DNA of 64,000 nucleotides from Callorhinchus milii (Eukaryota): the NCBI RefSeq assembly GCF_018977255.1, contig NW_024704742.1, positions 34,598,001 through 34,662,000 of the forward strand, written 5' to 3'. This document shows positions 34,071-48,800 of this stretch, in pieces. The position numbers and the translations under genes are program-made. The first letter of the stretch is position 1, and every line of letters starts with the position of its first letter. Below the pieces are notes generated by a model that searched no databases, was not told where the DNA came from, and saw nothing but the letters and a program-made list of their open reading frames with translations.

Positions 34071-37000
34071 CATATCTTCATAAAGAGGGTTATTGTGCAG
34101 ACGTGGAAAGCTTTGACCCAGGCCACTGTAGAGGTAGAATCAATAGGAATATTTAAAAGAGAGAGAGAGACAGATGCAAAGATCTGGCAAGATCTAATAA
34201 ACTGATGGCACAAGCTCAATGGCTGAATGGCCTTCATCTGTTCCTGTTTCCTATGTTCCTAAATTCCAAAACATTTTGGAGACTTGTCTTCCAGTGCATT
34301 TAGTCAATCTTCATAGTTCATTTCTCTTAACACTAGGGAGCAGCCTCATTGCTCTCCTCTGTACTGTTTCTAGCGCCTCATCAGCTTCTTTATATTGCAA
34401 CCGGAACGGTGCCTAGTCCACCGGGTGTTGGCTGACCATAGCACAATAGCTACACCTAATGGCAGAAGCCTGATATTACAATGTCTGCGTTCCCTTGCCT
34501 CTGCCTTGTACTTTATTTAATAGAGGGGGAAGGTTAATCCACAGCCAAACTGGGTCAGAGCCAAACATTTGATACCAGCTTGACTTGTGGCTCGTACAGT
34601 TTTCAAGAAAGAAAATTTAGTCATTTGAAGCACCATTTACTTAAATAAAATTCATTCCTTTAGTGTTTAGCATGCTGACCTGCCCTTTGATGTTTTCAGT
34701 CATGTTTGCTCTATTTTCTTGTGGATCCAAGTAGAATAACATTTAAATTTGAATTTATATATTTGGGGAGTGTTTATTTCATTATTTAATGCACAGTGAA
34801 CACCAGTCTGATTGACTTGACCTGAAGATGATCCATTTAATCTCTGTTTGACCAGCCATGACTTCTCTTTAACTCCCAACAGGCTTGCGTCCCAGGGCAT
34901 CCTGCACATTCGAGCACCCAAACCACAGCAGTCATTTGCCCNTTTTTTAATATATTATTTTCCTAATCGTATAGCCAAGCAGCACAGAGAAGAGGTCAGC
35001 TGTGTGATTGCTAACTTAACCTTGCTGCAGAAGAGGAATTCAAGAAAAAGCAGAAACCTGTCTAGGTCATGAACTGCACAATATTATTTTAAACTTCTGT
35101 CATTGCTCACCATTGCTTTCTTTCTCAAAGATTGGAAAACGTAAATTTAGAAAAAAGCAATTCCAGCACCATATTGAAAACATTTTACTGGCCACTGTTA
35201 TTTTTTATATGATATTTGTCTCACGTTATTTTTTTTCAGAAGTGGAACCTCCCACAGAAAACATTTTTTGCAATTGGTACATCTATTTAATTGCTTTTTC
35301 AGATTTTTTTTAGTGGGCGACGAATTATACTTTAAATATTCCACCACATTTCTGGCCAGTTAGTAGCACTCTCATCTCTAATTCAGAAGGTTGTGAGTTT
35401 AAGCCCCATGTTCAGGACTTTGAACTGACAGAGTTTAGGCTGAAAATCCAATCCATTGCTAGAAATGTGCTGCATTGCCGGAGATGCTGTCCTTCGGATG
35501 ATTAAGCAGCCACCTACACAGTCACTGCATTTTGCAATAAACTCTGTGAAGCGCTTTGAGGCACTTCAATGTAATAAGGCTCTATCGGAATATAGGTTTG
35601 TTACTGTGTTGTAGGAACCATGTTGTACTTCTACACAGAAACGTCAAACCATCAAGTTTCATGCTCACTTCTTCACTTTGTCACCACATTGTAACGCTGG
35701 TTGTGATAGTGACTATTGGCAGTACAGAATTGCTCATTCCTAAGCTTCTCGTTCTAATTCTAATTCTCATTCCTGGTTTAGCTTGTGGTTAGAAAAGCAG
35801 GGCCAGGTACTGTTCACTGACAATGGAGTGACCACTCTTACCACACAGCACCTTTTTCTTCCTGCTCTAATGTGCGTTTGTGCAGACTTGGCACCATCAT
35901 ATATTACATGCGATTACAACATAGCATCCACACATACACACACATTCTCTCCTTCATCTTGCACAGTGCTTGCACGGAGCTTGAAGTGAAGTATTGACAG
36001 CAGAGTCCCAAAACTGCACCTAATTGTAAGGTGCCTTTAGTCTGGTGTTCTTTAGCCTCCACCATCTTTAATTTCACCAGCTTTGGGCCTGGTTCAGTCG
36101 AAGGATTCAGAAAAGATCACGTACATATGATTTCATTACGGCTTCCAGGCGATAATTTCTCTGCCATCAAGGAAGACATGTTATAATGTCAGAGCCATGA
36201 GTGTATGTGGAAGAGAATCTCATAGGGAACCAAAATCTCCACGAAGGAAATGGAGCAGGATCAAGAAGAGCATTTTTTGGGTGTTTGTCTACAAAATACA
36301 CCAACACTACGCTTTACACTAAATCTGTGATGCACTTTGAGACATTCTCCCAAATTAAAAGGCGCTCGATCAACTGCAAGGTTTATTTATTATTTGCCTA
36401 CAATCAGCATTTCTACTTGGGTGTTTCTCTTCTTACCATTGACTGCATGACAAGTGAGGTCTGATAGTCCTAAAGGCACGTATCAAAAGTGAGATGAGAT
36501 CTGGAAATCTCAAACTAGTTCATAGTGAAGGGAGCTTGGAGAGAGCAGCAATCCTTACTCTGACATTAAGTTTGCAGTTGGCGTTATAAATTGTGAGTGT
36601 ATATGAACTAAGTGCTGCAGTCTAATGGACATAAAGACAAGGGGACATATTATTCTAAGAGTGGTGCTTAAAAGATTTATTATGACAATGAAAAATGACG
36701 AAAGATTAATATTTTGACTGAACTATGCAATATTTCTGGAAGTGTTAAGCAGCAGCATCTGACATGTAATGCATTAATGGAATCCCTTAACTTAAAAAAT
36801 GACGCAAACTGTTCTGTTATAAATGCTATTTTAAATGCTTATTTTAATGTGGTCCAGTGCCAGAAGATGGAGCAGGCAGCCACAGCCGTATGTGGAAAAA
36901 CCTTTAGGACACGTTTGCTGTCATCGATGCTATCCGAATATGGTACCTCTAACAGAACGATCTCAAAGGTTGGTGCCAAGAAGTTCAGATCGTGACCTCA

Positions 37001-37759
37001 AGGATCAAAGCAAAGCCTTTGAGTGGCCAGTTAATGGCCTATTTAGTATATCATCTGAGGGGAGAAAAAGGAAATCGTCACTTAGACCAACTGCTGCTGT
37101 TTGAGAAATCAGTAATCATGGGAGCTTTTACAGCAAACCTAGCTATACTGTGGCCTATTCTCTTTAGGTGGATTAACCTTTATCCCTTAATTTAAGTCCA
37201 AACAGCTGAAGCAAAGCCAAGATGAAACCGCACCTACAAGTAAAAGCCTTGTAATGATCTACATTTGCTATTCAAGAGGCCATAAAGAGGAGGTGAATTT
37301 GAATTAATGTATCTAAGTTACTACAAGCAAACAGCTCATTCTGAAGACTGGATAAGCTAAAGTAACACTTTCCTAGATGCTCTACTGAGATTAGCAATCT
37401 TTTCCCTTTTCTCACAAGTGGTAATTTGTTTTTCAATTTGTTCTACGTTATTTATATGAAGGATTATTTTGTTGTTTATTTTATAGTTGATCAGGAGTTA
37501 AGGAATTTAATATGGAATAAATTCACTTTTGTTTAATTGACTGAAATGTTAATTTGTTTAAATTTAATTTTAACAGTAATTTTCGAGTTGGTTTGGAAGC
37601 AAGATCTCTATTTAAATTAAAGGACTTGTGAAAGGAAAATATTTACTAACAGTAATACTTATATATTATATAGTGGCTATGACATCAAGAATGACTCAAA
37701 ACATTTCACAATATTTCTGTTAAATGTAGTGATTATGTACGTGTGAGTCTGTCACTGTG

Positions 37760-38730
37760 TGTCACTGTGGATGTCCATGTACACAAATCACTAAAAACAA
37801 GCTCAACGGTACAAAACGTTATCAAAAAGGCTAATAGGATATTTGCCTTTATCTCAAGGGGGCTGGAATATAAGGGTGAGGAATAGTAATAATAATAATA
37901 ATCCTTACATTTGATATAGCATTTTTCACGTCTTCTAGACATTTCAAAGCGCTTCACAGAATATACTGTAACGTGAATTGACTGTATATTTGTGAGCGAA
38001 ATGCCGCAGCCAATTGCGCACAGCAGTGTCCCACAAACAGTCATGGATTGAAAATGACCAATTTATTATTGTTTTGTTTTGGAGGGATTATTATTAAGCG
38101 TGTGGAGTAAGGAAACTTGCCCAAGGTTTCGCCCGGCCTGGAATTGAACCCAGGTGTCTCGCTTGCAAGGAAATTATGCATCATTATTATTATTGTTATC
38201 AACTATACAGAGCCTCACCCTAATCCCATCTGGAGTATTGCATTCAGTTTTGGGTACCGCACCTCGGGAAGGATATATTAGCTCTGGAGGGAGTGAAACG
38301 CAGATTCACCAGACTGATACAAGGGCTAAAAGGGTTCAATTATGAGGATAGGTTGCATAAACTTGGTCTCTATTCCTTTGAGTTTAGAAGGTTGAATGCT
38401 GATCTGATTGAAGTTTTTAAAATAATAAAGGGATTCGATAGGGTAGATACTGAGAAACAACTTCCTCTGGTGGGGAAATCCAGAACAAGGGGCATAAGCT
38501 AGGCCATTTAGGAGTTAAATTAGGAGACAGTTTTTCACCCAAAGGGAAATCTGGAACTCTCTCCCCCCAAAAGGCTATAGATGCTGGATCCAATTACATC
38601 TTCAAGATGGAGGTAGATAGATATTTGTTAGGTTAGCGTATTAAGGAATATGGGGCAAGGCAGATCAGCCATGATATTATAGAATGGCAGAACAGGCTCG
38701 AGTGGCTGAATAGTCTACTCCTGTTTCTAT
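37760..38730 (+). mobile_element. CR1 LINE 3' fragment interrupted by a minus-strand SINE (37885-38170)
   Basis: RRFTRLIQGLKGFNYEDRLHKLGLYSFEFRRL...DLIEVFKI. The SINE is the tagaa-loop subfamily, 5'-truncated at the anticodon loop. Confidence 0.9.
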
Positions 38731-38957
38731 GAGTGGGTGAACATGGCAGTCATTTGAATAAACTCATGTCCTGCAAACATACAGGAATTGTTGGCTAGAA
38801 CACCCAGAGGAACTCCCTTCTCTTTTACAAATAGTGCCTTGCGATCTTTGACCTCCATCTGAACAAGCATCGGTATAATTACTCATCCAACAATGCAGGA
38901 CTTCCCCAGCACTGCATTGGAGTGTCAGACAAGGCTAAATTATAAGCTACATGGTTT

Positions 38958-39615
38958 CAACCTGACTTACTTAGTAGCATTCTCGTCTCTGAGTTAGAAA
39001 GTTGTGGGTTCAAGCCCCAAGTCAGGACTTTAAACTCTAGGCTAATGCTCCAAATACAATGCTGAAGGATACTGCGTTGTTACAGGTGCCATCTTTCATT
39101 TTGAGATGTTAAACCGAGGTTCCATTTGTCCATTCAGGTGGACATTAAAGATCCTGTAGCACTATCCAGGCAGAGGGCGAAACCTTGGGCAAGTTTCCTT
39201 ACTCCACACGCCTACTAATAATCTCTCCAATAAAACAAAACAATAATAAATTGGTCATTTTCAATCCATGACTGTTTGTGGGACTTTGCTGTGCACAATT
39301 GGCTGCTGTTTTCGCCCACAAATATACAGTCAATTCACTTTACACTATATTCTGTGAAGCGCTTTGGGACGTCCAGAAGATGTGAAAAGTGCTATATCAA
39401 AAGCAAGGATTATTATTATTCAAAGAGAGAAGGGTGTCCATCAATCTCTCAAAAAATAGGTTATTCACTTCACTTATGGGACACTGTTATGCAAATTGAC
39501 TGCTACGTTTGCTTAGAAAATACCTGGTAAATTATGTGAAGTTCTTTGAGATGGCCTCCTGTTGTGAAAGGCATGATGTCAAAATGCAAGATTTATTATT
39601 ATTATTATTACTACT
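38958..39615 (+). mobile_element. Old Deu-like SINE with a 5'-truncated young SINE nested at 39166-39420
   Basis: The old element breaks at ...gatcctgtagcactat and resumes at caaagagagaaggg after the young element's (ATT)n tail. Confidence 0.82.
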
Positions 39616-40027
39616 ATTATATTTTAAATTCTAAGCTGTTCATATAAAGATTAACAAGATGGTTATGGTTAACAAAACATTATTATCACCGATACTCTGA
39701 AACTCAGATTGCACTCACTTTTATTCATTTCAGTCTAAAAAATTCCTTGTTATAAAATCATCGAATGCTTCACCACAGAAACAGTTCATGCAGCTCACCA
39801 TCGAATCTGTGCTTGTTTGTTGCTGAACATGAGACACCTAATCTAATCCCCTCTCCTGCTTGCCCTCCAAGCTCTTTAATATTCCTCCTATTTAACCGTT
39901 TGTCTAATTCCCTTTTAAAATAATGTATTAGCTTTGCTTCAATCCTTTTTTAGCAGAGAACTCCACACTCCAATCACCCTCAGCCAAAAAATGAACAAAG
40001 AGAGATCGCATAGTCTGTGGTTGTGAA

Positions 40028-40193
40028 ACCATTTTGTCTTATAATTTAAGATAACACAGAATTGCACAAATTTCTGAAATTTAGCCAGAATTTGATCTCT
40101 CTGCAATTGTTAAAAAATCCTGACTTCCAAATTGAGACCAAATTTAAGATTTTTTCACAATTCTCTGCAACCTTAAATTTAAGACAAAATGGT
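40028..40193. mobile_element. Palindromic MITE-like element
   Basis: accattttgtcttataatttaag and cttaaatttaagacaaaatggt are near-perfect inverted repeats. The inner arms (agaattg/caattct) also pair. Confidence 0.7.
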
Positions 40194-41789
40194 CATACTG
40201 GCGAACACATATTCTATTTACATGGCTTTTCAGAGAGCCCAGAATTTGGCAAGTTATTGACTTCAGTCATAGCTTCGAAGTTTGNTTTTTGTACCCCTTA
40301 AAAGAAATTTGCCACATTCTCGATGTTCTGAAATGCTACATAAATAGAGTAAATCCACACCCAGTGGGAATATCTCACAAATCAGGTACTTTTCGTCATT
40401 CCTGAAAATGTCTGTAAAAATAACAAGGTCAAAATTGCAATGGTTTACAGTTGACATAACAAGAGATGCTGGAGAAACCTTGAATTGTTTCATTGCTTCA
40501 GGCAATGCAGAGGCATGTTATGACCCAATTATTGCCATGAGTTTGCATGTTTGTAATTCTAAAAAAAAACATTTACCAGGCAAATTTTGTATAACCAGTG
40601 TTCCTTTCAATAGACTGTGTTGAACCCCTGCACCAAATGTGCTGGAGTGATTCAGGATATTGCTGTAGTTCTCAAGTAATTTAGAAAGTGTACAGCAAAA
40701 CAGACATTCAGCTCATTGTGTCCATGTTGGTATCAGCTCTCCCTCTGGAGCTATCTACTGAAATCTCGTTTCCTTCCATTTTCCCCTTAACATTTAATAT
40801 TATTCAAGCATTTAAATTATCCAACTAGTGTTATGAACCCGACTTTTGATAGGCATCGTGGTAAGGGATTCCATATTCTAATAGCCCTCTGTACAAAAAA
40901 TAACCTTCCCCTATTTTTTCTTGTGATCACCCTATGTTTATGCTCTCTTGTGACTTACTCACTGATCAAGGAAAATAGTCTCTTTATTTACTCTGTCAAA
41001 ATAATTCATAGTCTTGCAAAACCAAATGAGAGAACTTAGAGAAGGGTGAAAGGATGCTCTCCCTAGTTGAGTGAAACTGTCTTTTTTTGAAAAATCAGGA
41101 CCTGGCAAAATGCAAGGGATGCACATAACCTTCAGTGTCCTTTGGTCATGTGGTGTTATCAACCAGGACTGCATGGCCCAGCATTGATTTATTGCTGAGC
41201 AGAGCAGACCACACATGTGGAACAGTAAGTGGTAATTCAGACCTTTTAAAAGTGAACCTATATTTAAGAATGAGTTGACATGTTAGGGGTTAAGAACAAC
41301 TGAGGATGTTTTTTGTTGTTTGCTTCTAACATTAAACAAGATACTTCAATTGTTTGTGTTTCTTGGCAATATTAGTACAATAAGGCCATCCAGTGACTCA
41401 GTCTTGTATTTATAAAATCCCAGGTCCTTCCTGTATATAAAGATATATTTGCACAAGACAGGAAAGTGTCAAAGTTTCCATATTGGAATTGCGAGAAAGG
41501 AAGAAAGTAACATTTCAGCATGAAGCTCCACAGAGATCATTTGTTTTATCTGTGTTTTATGAAGCGACTGTTTGTGGCCCAAATATGAGAAATTCTGTGG
41601 GTTATTGTAGATTTGAGCCTCTCTCATTTGGTAGCGCTCTTTCCTCTGAATCAGAAAATTGTAAATCAAATTATTTAATTAGATTACCGATTCTAAATAA
41701 CGAAAATAAAAGAACAAAATAATAAGAAAAGTGTTTGTAGGTTTCAGCCTTTCTCATTTGGTAGCACTCTTTTCTCTGAGTCAGACCAT

Positions 41790-42900
41790 GTCCACTTTGT
41801 CTCTACAAACAGCTTCTCCTCGAGCCTCCGCACCGTCTTGTGTGGCATTCCTCAGGGCTCTGTCATTCGTCCCCCCCTCTTCAATATCTATATGCTCCCT
41901 CTTGGTGACATCATCCACAGAAATGAGCTCAACTTCCACATGTATGCGGATGACACCCAACTGTACCTCTCTGCCTTCCCCCTTGACTCCAGGACCACTG
42001 CTGTCCTGTCAGAATGTCTGTCAGACATCAAGTCCGGGATGAGAGCGAACTTTCTTCAGTTGAACGTCAACAAGATCGAGGCCCTCCTGATTGACTCCCG
42101 TCAGCGCCTCCTCACCTTAGGCGCTGACAGCATCACCATCCATGGTTGCACACTCCACCTTGCTAAGCCAGTCCAGAACCTTGGTGTCTTGTTTCGCCCT
42201 CAACTGTCCTTTCTAACCTATATTCGTGCCATGACCCATTCTGCCTTCCCCCACCTCTGCAGCATCGCCCGACTCCACCAGTGCCTCACCGCTCAGGCTG
42301 CCGAAACCCTCATCCACGTTCATCATATCCAGGCTCGACTTCACCGCCTCCCCAACTCTTCCCTCCACAAGCTGCAGATCATCTAGAACTCTGCAGATTG
42401 TGTCCTCTCCTGCCCAGGCTCTGTGAGCGCATCAACCCCACCCTCACCCGGCTCCACTGGGTCCCCATTCCCCAGAGAATAGAGTTCAAAATCCTCGTCA
42501 TTGTCTTCAAAACCCTCTATGACCTTGTTCCATCCTACATCTGTGACCTGTTAACCCCATATCAACCTGTCCACGCTCTCTGCTCAGCAGACTCCAGGCC
42601 TGCTCCACATCCCCCGCCCAGCCCGCCCCATCATCGGTGGTTAGGCTTTCAACCTCTCTGCCCCCACCCTTTGGAACTCCATCCCACAATCCCTTTGCCT
42701 TGCTCTCTCCATTGCCTCCTTCAAGGCACATCTCAAGACCCTCCTCTTCGACCGCACTTTCGGCCACCTTCCCACCCCTACCCTCCCTACCCTCCACCCG
42801 TCCTGATCCCAACCCTCTGCTTGGGCCCCTGACAATCTAGCACCTTGGACCGTCCTCCCGATGTGAAAGGCGCTATACAAATGTAATTTGTTGTCGTTGT
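41790..42900 (+). mobile_element. L2 LINE, RT domain to 3' end
   Basis: CGIPQGSVIRPPLFNIYMLPLGDII...FHMYADDTQLY...LQLNVNKIE...LHWVPIPQRIEFKIL, ending in a (GTT)n tail. Confidence 0.95.
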
Positions 42901-43154
42901 AAAAAATGCTAATCCTAATATTTATGCAGAATATCAAATACAGAAATAACGTCACATTTAGAGTTCCGTGACAGTGTACTGTATCTTATTTGACTTTTTT
43001 ATTTGTTCAATTTTAAGTTGTAAATATTTGTAACTTACAATTTGCAATTGGGTTTTCAGAGAATGAGTTGTTACAATAAGAAAATGTGAGTAAAATGTTG
43101 CATTTCTCCTTCAATTAGCTGACTGGCTAAGTGTAAACACAGCTGGACAATTCA

Positions 43155-43635
43155 ATAATAATAGTCCTTCCATTTGGTATCGCGCCTTTCACGTCAGGAG
43201 TGCATCCCTAAGTGCTTCATAAAATATATTATAAAGTGCAGTGACTATGTGTTTTGTGCGCAAATGCAGCAGCCAATTTGGGAGAAGGAATGTTTTACAA
43301 AGAAGTCATGAAATGAATGATCAATTTAATTTAGGGGTTTGTCGGCCAGACTGAGAGAAACATCCTTTTTTTGAATAGTGCCATGGAGGGGCCTCAATTT
43401 AACCTCTCATTCGAAGGCCAGCACACCCAAGCACTGCACTGAAGTGTCACCTTAATAATAATAATACTCCTTGCATTTGATATAGCGCCTTATCACTTCT
43501 TCGGGACATCTCAAAGCGCTTTACAGAATATACTGTCAAGTGATTAGACTTTATGAGTTCCAAGCCCCAACATGGGACTTGAACCCACAACCTTCTGACT
43601 CAGAAGCAAGAATGCAACCTCTGAGCCAGCCTGAC
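43155..43635 (-). mobile_element. Old Deu-like SINE with a nested SINE tail (about 43453-43545)
   Basis: Head at 43560-43635 (cttgaacccacaaccttctgactcaga) and tail at 43155-43220. Confidence 0.7.
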
Positions 43636-44849
43636 ACATGAGACGGAAGGATGTTCGGCTATTGTTAAAATAAAAATCATGTTTTTTAAAGCTTAAAGGA
43701 TAGCTCTGAGACAACTTGTGGCATCTTGTGACATAAACTTTTTCGGAAAATAATTACAGGTATATCACAAGATCACAAGATTAATTTGGATGAAGAAGGC
43801 TCTTTCACACAAAATGTAAGTGAACGGAAAGGAGTTATAACAAAATCTTGAACACTGCCAATCCTTATCTTGGCAACAGTAACAGTTTTTAATTAACAAC
43901 ATGAATTTCCATTTATAGAGTACCTTTCACATGGATAGGGTCTGACTGCTTAGCAACAATTAGCAGCTTTTGAAGAGATGTAATGAAAAAAATCTGATAA
44001 GTCGTTCAATTCCTGTGATTTTAAAATAATTTATTTGTTTAAAACCGTTTTCTTTGAAATTGATTGGTAAAGGCCAATTTAAGTTCAATTCCCTCCCCAA
44101 ATCCCTTTTATTTTGCACATTCTCCCTTTGCCTTCAAAAGTCTCTGCATACCTACATCAGTCACCTTTCCCCTACCCCCTCCTTCTTATCTTGCTCAGTG
44201 TTCCACATCACTCATATAAAGCCATTTGAGACATTCACCTCACAGCATTGTATAAGTACAAGTTGTGGCTGTTATATTACTTCATAAAAAAGACCAATTA
44301 GTAAGGTAGGGACAATGCATATATGATGATATTTATTGGACAAATTCCTGAATGATAAGGTTAGGCAATGTGCAATATTGTCTTTGTGAAGCATATTGTG
44401 CAATCATTGGAGTGCAGAACTAGTTCAATAACAGCTCCCCTTGAATGCTTCACATTATCCATTCAGTGCTTCTGTTCTCTGTGCTCACATTAAATTCTCC
44501 TGTTGGATTATTCCTTGGACCAATTCATTGGATCACGTTACGTGAATTGTCTTAGAGGTAGAAATCTTCATGATTTGTTTTAGAAACTGGGATTAGTCAG
44601 TTTCATCCAAATGTTCTGCTTTACTGGCAGTCTGTTATGTTCTCTATTGATATTATTCCACAGACATTGTCTGTTCCCAGAATAGCAGTTTGAGTTAAAG
44701 CAAGAGGAAAGTTCACTTAGGGTACATTATGTTGCTGGCAACCTGTCAGTATCAATAGACTTTAGCTAAAAGGTAAAAACAGAGAGAAAATTATTTCAGC
44801 ACCAGACCCACAGTATGAAAGAAATAAAAGTGTTCAGCAGAATGAGTGG

Positions 44850-45895
44850 AGTAATAACAATAATAATCCTTGCATTTAATATAGCATCTTATCACGTCTT
44901 CTAGACAACTCAAAGCGCTCACAGAATGTACTGTGAAGTGAATTGACTATGTTTTTTGGGCGAAACATACAACAACAACATGATCAACAAAATTACATTT
45001 GTGAAGCGCATTTCATGTCAGGAGGACATCCCAAGGCGCTAGACAAACAGAGTTAAGGAACCGAGGACATGAGCTGCAGAGTTCTGGCTAATCTGCAGCC
45101 TATGGAAGGGGGAGTTGGGGAGGCCGACAAGCAAGGAGTTTACATAGTCGAGCCTCGATTTAATGAAAGCATATATGAGGGTTTTGGCGACCTGCAGTGT
45201 GAGACAATGGCGGAGCCGGGTGATGTTGCGGAGGTGGGGGAAGGCAGATCAGGTCATGGCGCAGATGTGGGGTAGAAAGGATAGTTGTGGGTCAAACAAC
45301 ATGCCAAGGTTCCAGACTGGCTTAGCAAGGTGGAGTGTGCAACCATGGATGGTGATGCTAGAGATGGGAGGTAGTTTGGGAGTAGAGAAGGGTTGAGGGA
45401 GGGTTTTTTAAGGATAGGAGTGATGATGGCGGTTTTTAGTGGGGTGGGAACTGTACCAGAGGACAGGGAGAGGTTTATGACGTCATAAACATAAGTGTAG
45501 TAAGTGCTTGTTGTAAGGATTGTTTAACATAACTGAATGCATTTCACAAGATTATCTATTGTCTCCCTGAAGACCCAATGGCATTATTGTTTAATCTTTA
45601 CTCAAGTGAAAGCAACTGGTTTATTCTGCTGGAGAAAGAACACTGAGCATGATGATAATGTGGACACTCGTGTCAATACGGGCGAAGAGGAGGGTCTTGA
45701 GGTGGCTCTTGAAGAAGGCAAAGGAGGGGGCGAGATACAGGGAATGTGGGATGGAGTTCCAGAGGGTAGGGGCAGAGTGGCAGAAGGCCCGCCTGTCAAT
45801 AGTGGGGCTTGTGAGGTGGGGGGACATGAAGCAGGCCGGAGCCCACTGAGCGGAGGGAGTGGGCAGGATGGTAGCGGATTAGGAAGTCACAGAGG
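44850..45895 (-). mobile_element. Cluster: SINE tail (44850-44965) and L2 fragments (44965-45490, 45680-45895)
   Basis: Homologous to 11602-12270 and 41790-42900. Confidence 0.8.
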
Positions 45896-48800
45896 TTGGC
45901 CAAGAAGATTGAAACAACAGTTTTCTGAATGGCAGCCTTATGTGAAAGAAATGTTTTAAGAATGGATAAAATTAAGAAAATAGTTGATATTGATCTGAAT
46001 ATGAATTAAGTCCTGCAGCTTGCAGTGTGTCGCTGGCCTTTCAGGTAAAACTGTTGCATATCTCTGAGTGGCCCATCTCCAGCCAGACATGTTTGGTGGT
46101 TGAAGAGGCATATGGTGTATTGGGGTTATGAAAGGCGCATGCAATGCACGATTGATTAAAATGAAATTAAAACAGCAAGAAAAAAAATTATATTATTTAT
46201 TGAACGGAGATATTGATGGAGAATACTTCGCTTAAAATTTAAAGCATGTTTATAATGGTTTCCGGAAGTAAATGTGATTGTTCCACCTAACACAACAGAT
46301 CTATTGATCCTGGCTGGCATTAATGGGTGCTGTAACAGTCAAGGAAGACTGAAGTACAAACCATTAGGGATCTGCAGCTAATTCAAAAAGCTCTTTTTGG
46401 TACGTTATAGGACACTAGCAGAGGGAAGATGGAAAAAAAAATTTGCTCAGATTATGTTAGCTGTGTGTCCATCTGGCCATGTATTTAAAAACTAATCATC
46501 CCTTGTCCCAAGGAGTCACAATACTCAGTTAGCTGCATGCAAATCTGCTAATCCGATCATGAATCAATTTCAGTGCTGGCTAATATTTGAGGCTGTGAAG
46601 GAGGAACCTAGTCTGAAGTATTTCTATAAACCAGTGGATCTTATTACAATGCCTGGGGAAATAATCGGTGCTCCAGAAATTTGCTTCAAATGGAAATTCA
46701 CTATTAATAGGACTGTATTGTACTGTATTACATTGTATGTCATACCACATTACTTCATTGTGTGACTGAATGCCTGAAGCTCAAATGTTTCTGCTCTTTT
46801 ACTGGATTCCAGCAGTAGAAATACTGTCTTGGATTATAAAAATTATATTTTGTAAATTAAAAGAGATGGGGAAATACAGGAGACAGAGATATTGACAGAA
46901 TGCCCTCTGTGACATGAAAAAGTTGTCATCCCCCTGTAGCTATGACATTTCATGTTAAGAAATGCACCATATCAGCAAACCCCCCCCTCATTGCAGATTC
47001 ATGAGGTTCAGGTTCAGGAGCTCTGATGGGGAAAGCGTAAATATCGGCTGGAGGTTGGAGCTTATAATGGAGCTTCAGCGGGTACCAGAAACAAAAGATT
47101 GTTTTAATCAGTGGTTTGTAATAGCAGGGTTTGTTTCATGAAGCATTGGCTGTAAAAGAAATCAGTAATTATAGGACTCTGGCAAACAAAAAAAAACTGA
47201 GGCTGAAGGTTAGATATTTAGCAGAATAAGTAAGGTTCATTGAAACAAATAAGGTTCCATTTGAAAACGCTGTTAGTTGAAAATATGACAACTATGTTCT
47301 TTTGCAAAGTCAAGCCATTCCTTTTGTCGTGTGGTTGATACCTTAAGAGTAGATGTATTTCACACCAATAAACTAGCCCTAAATGTTAAACTCTTACTTT
47401 TGGATATTAATCACACAGCATAAACTGGGACATGCAACCTGTGGTGATCATTGCTTTCAGGGTACAGTGCCGAGATGAGAAGTGGAGATCACTCCAGCAG
47501 CTGAAATTAAAGGCTATCGCGTTATGACTAAATGTGTTTTCTTTGCTTGCTCAATAGAACCCTGGTGTTTTCTTCAACAAGCCTCATCTGGTTCAGATTA
47601 AGATTTTCAGCAAACATATATGTCACATTTTCATTTAATAAATTAAAGGCTGAAAGTGCACAAAAATGTTTATTTTGTAACTAAAACAATTACTTTTGTA
47701 GATCCGGACCCAAGCAACCAGATCAAACATTTGTACTGGGTTGCACCACACCCATAATGGTTGACCTGGGAATAAAATAATTACTTGGTTTAAAATTGTA
47801 TAATGTCAAGGTTTAAAAGCTGTCAGTCAGTCGTACGAACCATCAATTACACAGACCTAACATGACCCACGTTTTCCAATTCATGAAGGAAGTGAGCGGA
47901 TGTATCAAGACAGCAATTACAATGAGGAACTAGGATATGATTATAAGACCAGGAAGCCACAAAATATTTCATGAAATAACATCTTCATAACTGGAGCGAG
48001 GAATGTAGAGTTGACTGTCACTGGTGCCTTGGATGATAAACTCAGTAACGCATTGATGTCTATTCTCATAGTTTTCCCAATTCAACAGGAAGCAATGATA
48101 TAGCATAAGTCCTGGGCTATCTGAGTGGACTGCATAGTCTCATTTCTACCTTGACTTTCCAATTTTCTATTAAATGGCTGAACTGAACACTCGGCAGCCA
48201 GTTTGCACACAGCAATGTCCCACAAATAGTCACAAGCAGATGTCTTTCACATGAGAAAATCCATCTACATCCTTAAAAGGATCCAAACTAGGCAGAGTCC
48301 ACATGTTTATGCCACCTACAGATGGGAATTTCCCCATCTCTGGAATGGAACTTGCACTCTCTGTCTGAATGGATGCACTCTGCTTACTTATTCTGGAGAG
48401 TATTAGGCGCAGGTTGGCAAGAGTCAAGACTCGGGGCCCAGATTGTGCATTGGGATAGTACTGGAGTTTAACTAACTGAAATCCATAGCTTGCCTCCTGC
48501 TCCTTCTCCTTATCCAGTTTTGACCACCATATACATTAGAGCTTTGGTTTGGAGGATTAACTGGTGCCGGGTGAGAAGAATCCCTGCTTTCAGGGACTAG
48601 TCTGCCCCTCCTGTTAATACCTGATCTGTCACTAGAGGTGCCCTGGAGTACTGCGGACCTGTCTGACTCAGGAACCAGACCACTGAGGCATCCACATCAG
48701 ATTGACTTTCCATTGTCAAGCGTGCTACCCCTACTCTTCCCAAGGAATCAGCAGTTTTTATGGGAGCTCCACTGATTTCAAGGGCAAAAGCCTTATTACT

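Noticed and set aside
37005..37075. Strong minus-strand acceptor (tttcctttttctcccctcag|AT) that in phase 1 gives DDILNRPLTGHSKALL*; a similar orphan acceptor lies near 47150
   Set aside because: No recognisable EGF homology, and no intervening exon was found to supply the phase. Cannot be supported without transcript data.
34942..40285. Single N bases at 34942 and 40285
   Set aside because: Assembly ambiguities, not biology. They do caution against over-reading single-base differences.
41838..42832. RT-containing ORFs with YADD as a possible active or domesticated reverse transcriptase
   Set aside because: This is a 5'-truncated L2 with frameshifts and a stop at 42386.
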